Positions 49,201-64,000 of a stretch of 64,000 nucleotides of DNA are shown here, one piece after another. Both the position numbers and the translations under genes were made by a program. Every line of letters begins with the position of its first letter. The stretch's first letter is position 1. The DNA is from Eledone cirrhosa (taxonomy: Eukaryota). The stretch is from the NCBI GenBank assembly GCA_964016885.1, contig OZ024740.1, positions 427,614,001 through 427,678,000 of the forward strand, written 5' to 3'. The notes under the pieces are model-generated. The model saw only the letters and a program-made list of their open reading frames with translations. It did no database searches and was not told the origin of the DNA.

Positions 49201-52200
49201 TAGTTATATAAAACTCTACCCTATCTCAGTGTACCATAGTTATATAAAACTCTACCCTATCTCAGTGTACTATAGTTATATAAAACTCTACCCTATCTCA
49301 CTGTACCATAGTTATATAAAACTCTACCCTATCTCAGTGTACCATAGTTATATAAAACTCTACCCTATCTCAGTGTACCATAGTTATATAAAACTCTACC
49401 CTATCTCAGTGTTGTATAGTTATATAAAACTCTACCCTATCTCAGTTTACCATAGTTATATAAAACTCTACCCTATCTCACTGTACCATAGTTATATAAA
49501 ACTCTACCCTATCTCACTGTACCATAGCTATATAAAACTCTACCCTATCTCAGTGTTGTATAGTTATATACAACTCTACCCTATCTCAGTGTACCATAGT
49601 TATATAAAACTCTACCCTATCTCAGTGTTGTATAGTTATATAAAACTCTACCCTATCTCAGTGTACCATAGTTATATAAAACTCTACCCTATCTCACTGT
49701 ACCATAGTTATATAAGACTCTACCATATCTCACTGTACCATAGTTATATAAAACTCTACCCTATCTCAGTGTACCATAGTTATATAAAACTCTACCCTAT
49801 CTCAGTGTACCATAGTTATATAAAACTCTACCCTATCTCAGTGTTGTATAGTTATATAAAACTCTACCCTATCTCACTGTACCATAGTTATATAAAACTC
49901 TACCCTATCTCAGTGTACCATAGTTATATAAAACTCTACCCTATCTCACTGTACCATAGTTATATACAACTCTACCCTATCTCAGTGTACAATAGTTATA
50001 TAAAACTCTACCCTATCTCAGTGTTGTATAGTTATATAAAACTCTACCCTATCTCACTGTACCATAGTTATATAAAACTCTACCCTATCTCAGTGTACCA
50101 TAGTTATATAAAACTCTACCCTATCTCAGTGTACCATAGTTATATAAAACTCTACCCTATCTCAGTGTACCATAGTTATATAAAACTCTACCCTATCTCA
50201 GTGTTGTATAGTTATATAAAACTCTACCCTATCTCACTGTACCATAGTTATATAAAACTCTACCCTATCTCAGTGTACCATAGTTATATAAAACTCTACC
50301 CTATCTCACTGTACCATAGTTATATAAAACTCTACCCTATCTCAGTGTACCATAGTTATATAAAACTCTACCCTATCTCACTGTACCATAGTTATATAAA
50401 ACTCTACCCTATCTCAGTGCACCATAGTTATAGAAAACTCTACCCTATCTCAGTGTACCATAGTTATATAAAACTCTACCCTATCTCAGTGTACCATAGT
50501 TATATAAAACTCTACCCTATCTCAGTGTTGTATAGTTATATAAAACTCTACCCTATCTCACTGTACCATAGTTATATAAAACTCTACCCTAACTCACTGT
50601 ACCATAGTTGTATAAAACTCTACCCTATCTCACTGTACCATAGTTATATAAAACTCTACCCTATCTCAGTGTACCATAGTTATATAAAACTCTACCCTAT
50701 CTCAGTGTTGTATAGTTATATAAAACTCTACCCTATCTCAGTTTACCATAGTTATATAAAACTCTACCCTATCTCACTGTACCATAGTTATATAAAACTC
50801 TACCCTATCTCACTGTACCATAGCTATATAAAACTCTACCCTATCTCAGTGTTGTATAGTTATATACAACTCTACCCTATCTCAGTGTACCATAGTTATA
50901 TAAAACTCTACCCTATCTCAGTGTTGTATAGTTATATAAAACTCTACCCTATCTCAGTGTACCATAGTTATATAAAACTCTACCCTATCTCACTGTACCA
51001 TAGTTATATAAAACTCTACCCTATCTCAGTTTACCATAGTTATATAAAACTCTACCCTATCTCACTGTACCATAGTTATATAAAACTCTACCCTATCTCA
51101 CTGTACCATAGCTATATAAAACTCTACCCTATCTCAGTGTTGTATAGTTATATACAACTCTACCCTATCTCAGTGTACCATAGTTATATAAAACTCTACC
51201 CTATCTCAGTGTTGTATAGTTATATAAAACTCTACCCTATCTCAGTGTACCATAGTTATATAAAACTCTACCCTATCTCACTGTACCATAGTTATATAAG
51301 ACTCTACCATATCTCACTGTACAATAGTTATATAAAACTCTACCCTATCTCAGTGTACCATAGTTATATAAAACTCTACCCTATCTCAGTGTACCATAGT
51401 TATATAAAACTCTACCCTATCTCAGTGTTGTATAGTTATATAAAACTCTACCCTATCTCACTGTACCATAGTTATATAAAACTCTACCCTATCTCAGTGT
51501 ACCATAGTTATATAAAACTCTACCCTATCTCACTGTACCATAGTTATATACAACTCTACCCTATCTCAGTGTACAATAGTTATATAAAACTCTACCCTAT
51601 CTCAGTGTTGTATAGTTATATAAAACTCTACCCTATCTCACTGTACCATAGTTATATAAAACTCTACCCTATCTCAGTGTACCATAGTTATATAAAACTC
51701 TACCCTATCTCAGTGTACCATAGTTATATAAAACTCTACCCTATCTCAGTGTACCATAGTTATATAAAACTCTACCCTATCTCAGTGTTGTATAGTTATA
51801 TAAAACTCTACCCTATCTCACTGTACCATAGTTATATAAAACTCTACCCTATCTCAGTGTTGTATAGTTATATAAAACTCTACCCTATCTCACTGTACCA
51901 TAGTTATATAAAACTCTACCCTATCTCAGTGTACCATAGTTATATAAAACTCTACCCTATCTCACTGTACCATAGTTATATAAAACTCTACCCTATCTCA
52001 GTGCACCATAGTTATATAAAACTCTACCCTATCTCAGTGTACCATAGTTATATAAAACTCTACCCTATCTCAGTGTACCATAGTTATATAAAACTCTACC
52101 CTATCTCAGTGTTGTATAGTTATATAAAACTCTACCCTATCTCACTGTACCATAGTTATATAAAACTCTACCCTATCTCACTGTACCATAGTTGTATAAA

Positions 52201-55200
52201 ACTCTACCCTATCTCACTGTACCATAGTTATATAAAACTCTACCCTATCTCACTGTACCATAGTTATATAAAACTCTACCCTATCTCAGTGTTGTATAGT
52301 TATATAAAACTCTACCCTATCTCAGTTTACCATAGTTATATAAAACTCTACCCTATCTCACTGTACCATAGTTATATAAAACTCTACCCTATCTCACTGT
52401 ACCATAGTTATATAAAACTCTACCCTATCTCACTGTACCATAGTTATATAAAACTCTACCCTATCTCACTGTACCATAGTTATATAAAACTCTACCCTAT
52501 CTCACTGTACCATAGTTATATAAATCTCTAACCTATCTCACTGTACCATAGTTATATAAAACTCTACCCTATCTCAGTGTACCATAGTTATATAAAACTC
52601 TACCCTATCTCAGTGTACCATAGTTATATAAAACTCTACCCTATCTCACTGTACCATAGTTATATAAAACTCTACCCTATCTCAGTGTTGTATAGTTATA
52701 TAAAACTCTACCCTATCTCACTGTACTGTAGTTATATAAAACTCTACCCTATCTCACTGTACCATAGTTATATAAAACTCTACCCTATCTCAGTGTACCA
52801 TAGTTATATAAAACTCTACCCTATCTCACAGTACCATAGTTATATGAAACTCTACCCTATCTCACTGTACCATAGCTATATAAAACTCTACCCTATCTCA
52901 GTGTTGTATAGTTATATACAACTCTACCCTATCTCAGTGTACCATAGTTATATAAAACTCTACCCTATCTCAGTGTTGTATAGTTATATAAAACTCTACC
53001 CTATCTCAGTGTACCATAGTTATATAAAACTCTACCCTATCTCACTGTACCATAGTTATATAAGACTCTACCATATCTCACTGTACAATAGTTATATAAA
53101 ACTCTACCCTATCTCAGTGTACCATAGTTATATAAAACTCTACCCTATCTCAGTGTACCATAGTTATATAAAACTCTACCCTATCTCAGTGTTGTATAGT
53201 TATATAAAACTCTACCCTATCTCACTGTACCATAGTTATATAAAACTCTACCCTATCTCAGTGTACCATAGTTATATAAAACTCTACCCTATCTCACTGT
53301 ACCATAGTTATATACAACTCTACCCTATCTCAGTGTACAATAGTTATATAAAACTCTACCCTATCTCAGTGTTGTATAGTTATATAAAACTCTACCCTAT
53401 CTCACTGTACCATAGTTATATAAAACTCTACCCTATCTCAGTGTACCATAGTTATATAAAACTCTACCCTATCTCAGTGTACCATAGTTATATAAAACTC
53501 TACCCTATCTCAGTGTACCATAGTTATATAAAACTCTACCCTATCTCAGTGTTGTATAGTTATATAAAACTCTACCCTATCTCACTGTACCATAGTTATA
53601 TAAAACTCTACCCTATCTCAGTGTTGTATAGTTATATAAAACTCTACCCTATCTCACTGTACCATAGTTATATAAAACTCTACCCTATCTCAGTGTACCA
53701 TAGTTATATAAAACTCTACCCTATCTCACTGTACCATAGTTATATAAAACTCTACCCTATCTCAGTGCACCATAGTTATATAAAACTCTACCCTATCTCA
53801 GTGTACCATAGTTATATAAAACTCTACCCTATCTCAGTGTACCATAGTTATATAAAACTCTACCCTATCTCAGTGTTGTATAGTTATATAAAACTCTACC
53901 CTATCTCACTGTACCATAGTTATATAAAACTCTACCCTATCTCACTGTACCATAGTTGTATAAAACTCTACCCTATCTCACTGTACCATAGTTATATAAA
54001 ACTCTACCCTATCTCACTGTACCATAGTTATATAAAACTCTACCCTATCTCAGTGTTGTATAGTTATATAAAACTCTACCCTATCTCAGTTTACCATAGT
54101 TATATAAAACTCTACCCTATCTCACTGTACCATAGTTATATAAAACTCTACCCTATCTCACTGTACCATAGTTATATAAAACTCTACCCTATCTCACTGT
54201 ACCATAGTTATATAAAACTCTACCCTATCTCACTGTACCATAGTTATATAAAACTCTACCCTATCTCACTGTACCATAGTTATATAAATCTCTAACCTAT
54301 CTCACTGTACCATAGTTATATAAAACTCTACCCTATCTCAGTGTACCATAGTTATATAAAACTCTACCCTATCTCAGTGTACCATAGTTATATAAAACTC
54401 TACCCTATCTCACTGTACCATAGTTATATAAAACTCTACCCTATCTCAGTGTTGTATAGTTATATAAAACTCTACCCTATCTCACTGTACTGTAGTTATA
54501 TAAAACTCTACCCTATCTCACTGTACCATAGTTATATAAAACTCTACCCTATCTCAGTGTACCATAGTTATATAAAACTCTACCCTATCTCACAGTACCA
54601 TAGTTATATGAAACTCTACCCTATCTCACTGTACCATAGTTATATAAGACTCTACCATATCTCACTGTACAATAGTTATATAAAACTCTACCCTATCTCA
54701 GTGTACCATAGTTATATAAAACTCTACCCTATCTCAGTGTACCATAGTTATATAAAACTCTACCCTATCTCAGTGTTGTATAGTTATATAAAACTCTACC
54801 CTATCTCACTGTACCATAGTTATATAAAACTCTACCCTATCTCAGTGTACCATAGTTATATAAAACTCTACCCTATCTCACTGTACCATAGTTATATACA
54901 ACTCTACCCTATCTCAGTGTACAATAGTTATATAAAACTCTACCCTATCTCAGTGTTGTATAGTTATATAAAACTCTACCCTATCTCACTGTACCATAGT
55001 TATATAAAACTCTACCCTATCTCAGTGTACCATAGTTATATAAAACTCTACCCTATCTCAGTGTACCATAGTTATATAAAACTCTACCCTATCTCAGTGT
55101 ACCATAGTTATATAAAACTCTACCCTATCTCAGTGTTGTATAGTTATATAAAACTCTACCCTATCTCACTGTACCATAGTTATATAAAACTCTACCCTAT

Positions 55201-58200
55201 CTCAGTGTTGTATAGTTATATAAAACTCTACCCTATCTCACTGTACCATAGTTATATAAAACTCTACCCTATCTCAGTGTACCATAGTTATATAAAACTC
55301 TACCCTATCTCACTGTACCATAGTTATATAAAACTCTACCCTATCTCAGTGCACCATAGTTATATAAAACTCTACCCTATCTCAGTGTACCATAGTTATA
55401 TAAAACTCTACCCTATCTCAGTGTACCATAGTTATATAAAACTCTACCCTATCTCAGTGTTGTATAGTTATATAAAACTCTACCCTATCTCACTGTACCA
55501 TAGTTATATAAAACTCTACCCTATCTCACTGTACCATAGTTGTATAAAACTCTACCCTATCTCACTGTACCATAGTTATATAAAACTCTACCCTATCTCA
55601 CTGTACCATAGTTATATAAAACTCTACCCTATCTCAGTGTTGTATAGTTATATAAAACTCTACCCTATCTCAGTTTACCATAGTTATATAAAACTCTACC
55701 CTATCTCACTGTACCATAGTTATATAAAACTCTACCCTATCTCACTGTACCATAGTTATATAAAACTCTACCCTATCTCACTGTACCATAGTTATATAAA
55801 ACTCTACCCTATCTCACTGTACCATAGTTATATAAAACTCTACCCTATCTCACTGTACCATAGTTATATAAATCTCTAACCTATCTCACTGTACCATAGT
55901 TATATAAAACTCTACCCTATCTCAGTGTACCATAGTTATATAAAACTCTACCCTATCTCAGTGTACCATAGTTATATAAAACTCTACCCTATCTCACTGT
56001 ACCATAGTTATATAAAACTCTACCCTATCTCAGTGTTGTATAGTTATATAAAACTCTACCCTATCTCACTGTACTGTAGTTATATAAAACTCTACCCTAT
56101 CTCACTGTACCATAGTTATATAAAACTCTACCCTATCTCAGTGTACCATAGTTATATAAAACTCTACCCTATCTCACAGTACCATAGTTATATAAAACTC
56201 TACCCTATCTCACTGTACCATAGTTATATAAAACTCTACCCTATCTCAGTGTACCATAGTTATACAAAACTCTACCCTATCTCAGTGTTGTATAGTTATA
56301 TAAAACTCTACCCTATCTCAGTGTACCATAGTTATATAAAACTCTACCCTATCTCAGTGTTGTATAGTTATATAAAACTCTACCCTATCTCACTGTACCA
56401 TAGTTATATAAAACTCTACCCTATCTCAGTGTCCCATAGTTATAGAAAACTCTACCCTATCTCAGTGTTGTATAGTTATATAAAACTCTACCCTATCTCA
56501 GTGTTGTATAGTTATATAAAACTGTACCCTATCACAGTATACCATAGTTATATAAAACTCTACCCTATCTCAGTGTACCATAGTTATATAAAACTCTACC
56601 CTATCTCACTCTACCATAGTTATATAAAACTCTGCCCTATCTCAGTGTTGTATAGTTATATAAAACTCTACCCTATCTCACTGTACTGTAGTTATATAAA
56701 ACTCTACCCTATCTCACTGTACCATAGTTATATAAAACTCTACCCTATCTCAGTGTACCATAGTTATATAAAACTCTACCCTATCTCACAGTACCATAGT
56801 TATATAAAACTCTACCCTATCTCACTGTACCATAGTTATATAAAACTCTACCCTATCTCAGTGTACCATAGTTATACAAAACTCTACCCTATCTCAGTGT
56901 TGTATAGTTATATAAAACTCTACCCTATCTCAGTGTACCATAGTTATATAAAACTCTACCCTATCTCAGTGTTGTATAGTTATATAAAACTCTACCCTAT
57001 CTCACTCTACCATAGTTATATAAAACTCTACCCTATCTCAGTGTACCATAGTTATAGAAAACTCTACCCTATCTCAGTGTTGTATAGTTATATAAAACTC
57101 TACCCTATCTCAGTGTTGTATAGTTATATAAAACTCTACCCTATCTCAGTGTTGTATAGTTATATAAAACTCTACCCTATCTCAGTGTACCATAGTTATA
57201 TAAAACTCTACCCTATCTCAGTGTTGTATAGTTATATAAAACTGTACCCTATCACAGTATACCATAGTTATATAAAACTCTACCCTATCTCAGTGTACCA
57301 TAGTTATATAAAACTCTACCCTATCTCAGTGTACCATAGTTATATAAAACTCTACCCTATCTCAGTGTACCATAGTTATATAAAACTCTACTCTATCTCA
57401 CTGTACCATAGTTATATAAAACTCTACCTTATCTCACTGTACCATAGTTATATAAAAGTCTACCCTATCTCACTCTACCATAGTTATATAAAACTCTACC
57501 CTATCTCAGTGCAACATAGTTATATAAAACTCTACCCTATCTCAGTGTACCATAGTTATATAAAACTCTACCCTATCTCAGTGTACCATAGTTATATAAA
57601 ACTCTAACCTATCTCACTGTACCATAGTTATATAAATCTCTACCCTATCTCAGTGTACCATAGTTATATAAAACTCTACCCTATCTCAGTGTACCATAGT
57701 TATATAAAACTCTACCCAATCTCACTGTACCATAGTTGTATAAAACTCTACCCTATTTCACTGTACCATAGTTATATAAAACTCTACCCTATCTCACTGT
57801 ACCATAGTTATATAAAACACTACCCTATCTCACTGTACCATAGTTATATAAAACTCTACACTATCTCACTGTACCATAGTTATATAAAACTCTACCCTAT
57901 CTCAGTGTTGTATAGTTATATAAAACTCTACCCTATCTCAGTGTACCATAGTTATATAAAACTCTACCCTATCTCACAGTACCATAGTTATATAAAACTC
58001 TACCCTATCTCACTGTACCATAGTTATATAAAACTCTACCCTATCTCAGTGTACCATAGTTATACAAAACTCTACCCTATCTCAGTGTTGTATAGTTATA
58101 TAAAACTCTACCCTATCTCAGTGTACCATAGTTATATAAAACTCTACCCTATCTCAGTGTTGTATAGTTATATAAAACTCTACCCTATCTAACTGTACCA

Positions 58201-61200
58201 TAGTTATATAAAACTCTACCCTATCTCAGTGTACCATAGTTATAGAAAACTCTACCCTATCTCAGTGGTGTATAGTTATATAAAACTCTACCCTATCTCA
58301 GTGTTGTATAGTTATATAAAACTGTACCCTATCACAGTATACCATAGTTATATAAAACTCTACCCTATCTCAGTGTACCATAGTTATATAAAACTCTACC
58401 CTATCTCACTCTACCATAGTTATATAAAACTCTGCCCTATCTCAGTGTTGTATAGTTATATAAAACTCTACCCTATCTCACTGTACTGTAGTTATATAAA
58501 ACTCTACCCTATCTCACTGTACCATAGTTATATAAAACTCTACCCTATCTCAGTGTACCATAGTTATATAAAACTCTACCCTATCTCACAGTACCATAGT
58601 TATATAAAACTCTACCCTATCTCACTGTACCATAGTTATATAAAACTCTACCCTATCTCAGTGTACCATAGTTATACAAAACTCTACCCTATCTCAGTGT
58701 TGTATAGTTATATAAAACTCTACCCTATCTCAGTGTACCATAGTTATATAAAACTCTACCCTATCTCAGTGTTGTATAGTTATATAAAACTCTACCCTAT
58801 CTCACTGTACCATAGTTATATAAAACTCTACCCTATCTCAGTGTACCATAGTTATAGAAAACTCTACCCTATCTCAGTGTTGTATAGTTATATAAAACTC
58901 TACCCTATCTCAGTGTTGTATAGTTATATAAAACTCTACCCTAACTCAGTGTTGTATAGTTATATAAAACTCTACCCTATCTCAGTGTACCATAGTTATA
59001 TAAAACTCTACCCTATCTCAGTGTTGTATAGTTATATAAAACTGTACCCTATCACGGTATACCATAGTTATATAAAACTCTACCCTATCTCAGTGTACCA
59101 TAGTTATATAAAACTCTACTCTATCTCACTGTACCATAGTTATATAAAACTCTACCTTATCTCACTGTAACATAGTTATATAAAAGTCTACCCCATCTCA
59201 CTGTACCATAGTTATATAAAACTCTACCCTATCTCAGTGCAACATAGTTATATAAAACTCTACCCTATCTCAGTGTACCATAGTTATATAAAACTCTACC
59301 CTATCTCAGTGTACCATAGTTATATAAAACTCTACCCTATCTCACTGTACCATAGTTATATAAATCTCTACCCTATCTCAGTGTACCATAGTTATATAAA
59401 ACTCTACCCTATCTCAGTGTACCATAGTTATATAAAACTCTACCCAATCTCACTGTACCATAGTTGTATAAAACTCTACCCTATTTCACTGTACCATAGT
59501 TATATAAAACTCTACCCTATCTCACTGTACCATAGTTATATAAAACACTACCCTATCTCACTGTACCATAGTTATATAAAACTCTACACTATCTCACTGT
59601 ACCATAGTTATATAAAACTCTACCCTATCTCAGTGTTGTATAGTTATATAAAACTCTACCCTATCTCACTTTACCATAGTTATCTAAACTCTACCCTATC
59701 TCAGTGTACCATTGTTATATAAAACTCTACCCTATCTCACTGTACCATAGTTATATAAAACTCTACCCTATCTCAGTGTACCATAGTTATATAAAACTCT
59801 ACCCTATCTCACTCTACCATAGTTATATAAAACTCTGCCCTATCTCAGTGTTGTATAGTTATATAAAACTCTACCCTATCTCACTGTACTGTAGTTATAT
59901 AAAACTCTACCCTATCTCACTGTACCATAGTTATATAAAACTCTACCCTATCTCAGTGTACCATAGTTATATAAAACTCTACCCTATCTCACAGTACCAT
60001 AGTTATATAAAACTCTACCCTATCTCACTGTACCATAGTTATATAAAACTCTACCCTATCTCAGTGTACCATAGTTATACAAAACTCTACCCTATCTCAG
60101 TGTTGTATAGTTATATAAAACTCTACCCTATCTCAGTGTACCATAGTTATATAAAACTCTACCCTATCTCAGTGTTGTATAGTTATATAAAACTCTACCC
60201 TATCTCACTGTACCATAGTTATATAAAACTCTACCCTATCTCAGTGTACCATAGTTATAGAAAACTCTACCCTATCTCAGTGTTGTATAGTTATATAAAA
60301 CTCTACCCTATCTCAGTGTTGTATAGTTATATAAAACTCTACCCTAACTCAGTGTTGTATAGTTATATAAAACTCTACCCTATCTCAGTGTACCATAGTT
60401 ATATAAAACTCTACCCTATCTCAGTGTTGTATAGTTATATAAAACTGTACCCTATCACGGTATACCATAGTTATATAAAACTCTACCCTATCTCAGTGTA
60501 CCATAGTTATATAAAACTCTACCCTATCTCACTCTACCATAGTTATATAAAACTCTACCCTATCTCAGTGTACCATAGTTATATAAAACTCTACTCTATC
60601 TCACTGTACCATAGTTATATAAAACTCTACCTTATCTCACTGTACCATAGTTATATAAAAGTCTACCCTATCTCACTGTACCATAGTTATATAAAACTCT
60701 ACCCTATCTCAGTGCAACATAGTTATATAAAACTCTACCCTATCTCAGTGTACCATAGTTATATAAAACTCTACCCTATCTCAGTGTACCATAGTTATAT
60801 AAAACTCTACCCTATCTCACTGTACCATAGTTATATAAATCTCTACCCTATCTCAGTGTACCATAGTTATATAAAACTCTACCCTATCTCAGTGTACCAT
60901 AGTTATATAAAACTCTACCCAATCTCACTGTACCATAGTTGTATAAAACTCTACCCTATTTCAATGTACCATAGTTATATAAAACTCTACCCTATCTCAC
61001 TGTACCATAGTTATATAAAACACTACCCTATCTCACTGTACCATAGTTATATAAAACTCTACACTATCTCACTGTACCATAGTTATATAAAACTCTACCC
61101 TATCTCAGTGTTGTATAGTTATATAAAACTCTACCCTATCTCACTTTACCATAGTTATATAAACTCTACCCTATCTCAGTGTACCATTGTTATATAAAAC

Positions 61201-64000
61201 TCTACCCTATCTCACTGTACCATAGTTATATAAAACTCTACCCTATCTCAGTGTACCATAGTTATATAAAACTCTACCCTATCTCAGTGTACCATAGTTA
61301 TATAAAACTCTACCCTATCTCAGTGTACTATAGTTATATAAAACTCTACCCTATCTCAGTGTACTATAGTTATATAAAACTCTACCCTATCTCACTGTAC
61401 CATAGTTATATAAAACTCTACCCTATCTCAGTGTACCATAGTTATATAAAACTCTACCCTATCTCAGTGTACTATAGTTATATAAAACTCTACCCTATCT
61501 CACTGTACCATAGTTATATAAAACTCTACCCTATCTCAGTGTACCATAGTTATATAAAACTCTACCCTATCTCAGTGTACCATAGTTATATAAAACTCTA
61601 CCCTATCTCAGTGTTGTATAGTTATATAAAACTCTACCCTATCTCAGTTTACCATAGTTATATAAAACTCTACCCTATCTCACTGTACCATAGTTATATA
61701 AAACTCTACCCTATCTCACTGTACCATAGCTATATAAAACTCTACCCTATCTCAGTGTTGTATAGTTATATACAACTCTACCCTATCTCAGTGTACCATA
61801 GTTATATAAAACTCTACCCTATCTCAGTGTTGTATAGTTATATAAAACTCTACCCTATCTCAGTGTACCATAGTTATATAAAACTCTACCCTATCTCACT
61901 GTACCATAGTTATATAAGACTCTACCATATCTCACTGTACCATAGTTATATAAAACTCTACCCTATCTCAGTGTACCATAGTTATATAAAACTCTACCCT
62001 ATCTCAGTGTACCATAGTTATATAAAACTCTACCCTATCTCAGTGTTGTATAGTTATATAAAACTCTACCCTATCTCACTGTACCATAGTTATATAAAAC
62101 TCTACCCTATCTCAGTGTACCATAGTTATATAAAACTCTACCCTATCTCAGTGTTGTATAGTTATATACAACTCTACCCTATCTCAGTGTACAATAGTTA
62201 TATAAAACTCTACCCTATCTCAGTGTTGTATAGTTATATAAAACTCTACCCTATCTCACTGTACCATAGTTATATAAAACTCTACCCTATCTCAGTGTAC
62301 CATAGTTATATAAAACTCTACCCTATCTCAGTGTTGTATAGTTATATAAAACTCTACGCTATCTCAGTATACCATAGTTATATAAAACTCTACCCTATCT
62401 CACTGTACCATAGTTATATAAAACTCTACCCTATCTCACTGTACCATAGCTATATAAAACTCTACCCTATCTCAGTGTTGTATAGTTATATACAACTCTA
62501 CCCTATCTCAGTGTACCATAGTTATATAAAACTCTACCCTATCTCAGTGTTGTATAGTTATATAAAACTCTACCCTATCTCAGCGTACCATAGTTATATA
62601 AAACTCTACCCTATCTCACTGTACCATAGTTATATAAAACTCTACCCTATCTCACTGTACCATAGTTATATAAAACTCTACCCTATCTCAGTGTACCATA
62701 GTTATATAAAACACTACCCTATCTCAGTGTTGTATAGTTATATAAAACTCTACCCTATCTCACTGTACCATAGTTATATAAAACTCTACCCTATCTCAGT
62801 GTACCATAGTTATATAAAACTCTACCCTATCTCACTGTACCATAGTTATATACAACTCTACCCTATCTCAGTGTACAATAGTTATATAAAACTCTACCCT
62901 ATCTCAGTGTTGTATAGTTATATAAAACTCTACCCTATCTCACTTTACCATAGTTATATAAAACTCTACCCTATCTCAGTGTACCATAGTTATATAAAAC
63001 TCTACCCTATCTCAGTGTACCATAGTTATATAAAACTCTACCATATCTCACTGTACCATAGTTATATAAAACTCTACCCTATCTCACTGTACCATAGTTA
63101 TATAAAACTCTACCCTATCTCAGTGTACCATAGTTATATAAAACTCTACCCTACCTCAGTGTACCATAGTTATATAAAACTCTACCCTATCTCACTGTAC
63201 CATAGTTATATAAAACTCTACACTATCTCAGTGTTGTATAGTTACATAAAACTCTACCCTATCTCACTGTACCATAGTTATATAAAACTCTACCCTATCT
63301 CAGTGTACCATAGTTATATAAAACTCTACCCTATCTCACTGTACCATAGTTATATAAAACTCTACCCTATCTCAGTGTACCATAGTTATATAAAACTCTA
63401 CCCTATCTCACTGTACCATAGTTATATAAAACTCTACCCTATCTCAGTGCACCATAGTTATAGAAAACTCTACCCTATCTCAGTGTACCATAGTTATATA
63501 AAACTCTACCCTATCTCAGTGTACCATAGTTATATAAAACTCTACCCTATCTCAGTTTTGTATAGTTATATAAAACTCTACCCTATCTCACTGTACCATA
63601 GTTATATAAAACTCTACCCTATCTCACTGTACCATAGTTGTATAAAACTCTACCCTATCTCACTGTACCATAGTTATATAAAACTCTACCCTATCTCACT
63701 GTACCATAGTTATATAAAACTCTACCCTATCTCACTGTACCATAGTTATATAAAACTCTACCCTATCTCACTGTACCATAGTTATATAAAACTCTACCCT
63801 ATCTCAGTGCACCATAGTTATATAAAACTCTACCCTATCTCAGTGTACCATAGTTATATAAAGCTCTACCCTATCTCAGTGTACCATAGTTATATAAAAC
63901 TCTACCCTATCTCACTGTACCATAGTTATATAAAACTCTACCCTATCTCACTGTACCATAGTTATATAAAACTCTACCCTATCTCAGTGTACCATAGTTA
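28211..64000. repeat. 36-bp satellite array (about 1000 units, at least 35.8 kb, continues past the window)
   Basis: Consensus GTACCATAGTTATATAAAACTCTACCCTATCTCAST. Three dominant variants (CAGTGTACCA, CACTGTACCA, CAGTGTTGTA); all units in one orientation with no insertions seen. Confidence 0.99.

Noticed and set aside
28181-61197. Very long ORFs of (YHSYIKLYPISV)n, up to 1184 aa
   Set aside because: A 36-bp unit with one stop-free frame gives these automatically. Stops and 1-bp frameshifts are propagated in duplicated blocks, so there is no sign of coding constraint.
28211-64000. CRISPR-like 36-bp repeat length
   Set aside because: Units are head-to-tail with no unique spacers, there are no cas genes, and the context is eukaryotic.
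28211-64000. TATA-box-like TATATAAAA in every monomer
   Set aside because: Expected in an AT-rich unit; no independent promoter evidence.

Overview
Repeat-dominated, AT-rich animal genomic DNA. The SINE families, microsatellite load and retroelement mix suggest a cephalopod such as Octopus (inference). About 70% of the window is two tandem arrays: a 51-bp satellite at about 7.6-16.1 kb and a 36-bp satellite from 28.2 kb to the window end. Both show multi-kb higher-order duplications, and their long ORFs are periodicity artefacts. The rest holds tRNA-derived SINEs, a Charlie/MER1-like hAT MITE with an 8-bp TSD, and fragments of non-LTR retrotransposons: an R4/Dong RLE element inside (TACA)n, a degenerate CRE element, an RTE-like 3' end, and a TSD-flanked 3' end. 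One isolated candidate exon is also present. The most interesting part is 16.3-24.0 kb, a dense cluster of fold-back elements in (TA)n. It contains three complete minimal type-I hammerhead ribozyme motifs and a four-copy family with an apparent half hammerhead, whose inversion points map onto the ribozyme itself. These look like Penelope-like pLTR remnants or non-autonomous retrozyme-like elements. No intact host gene is evident.
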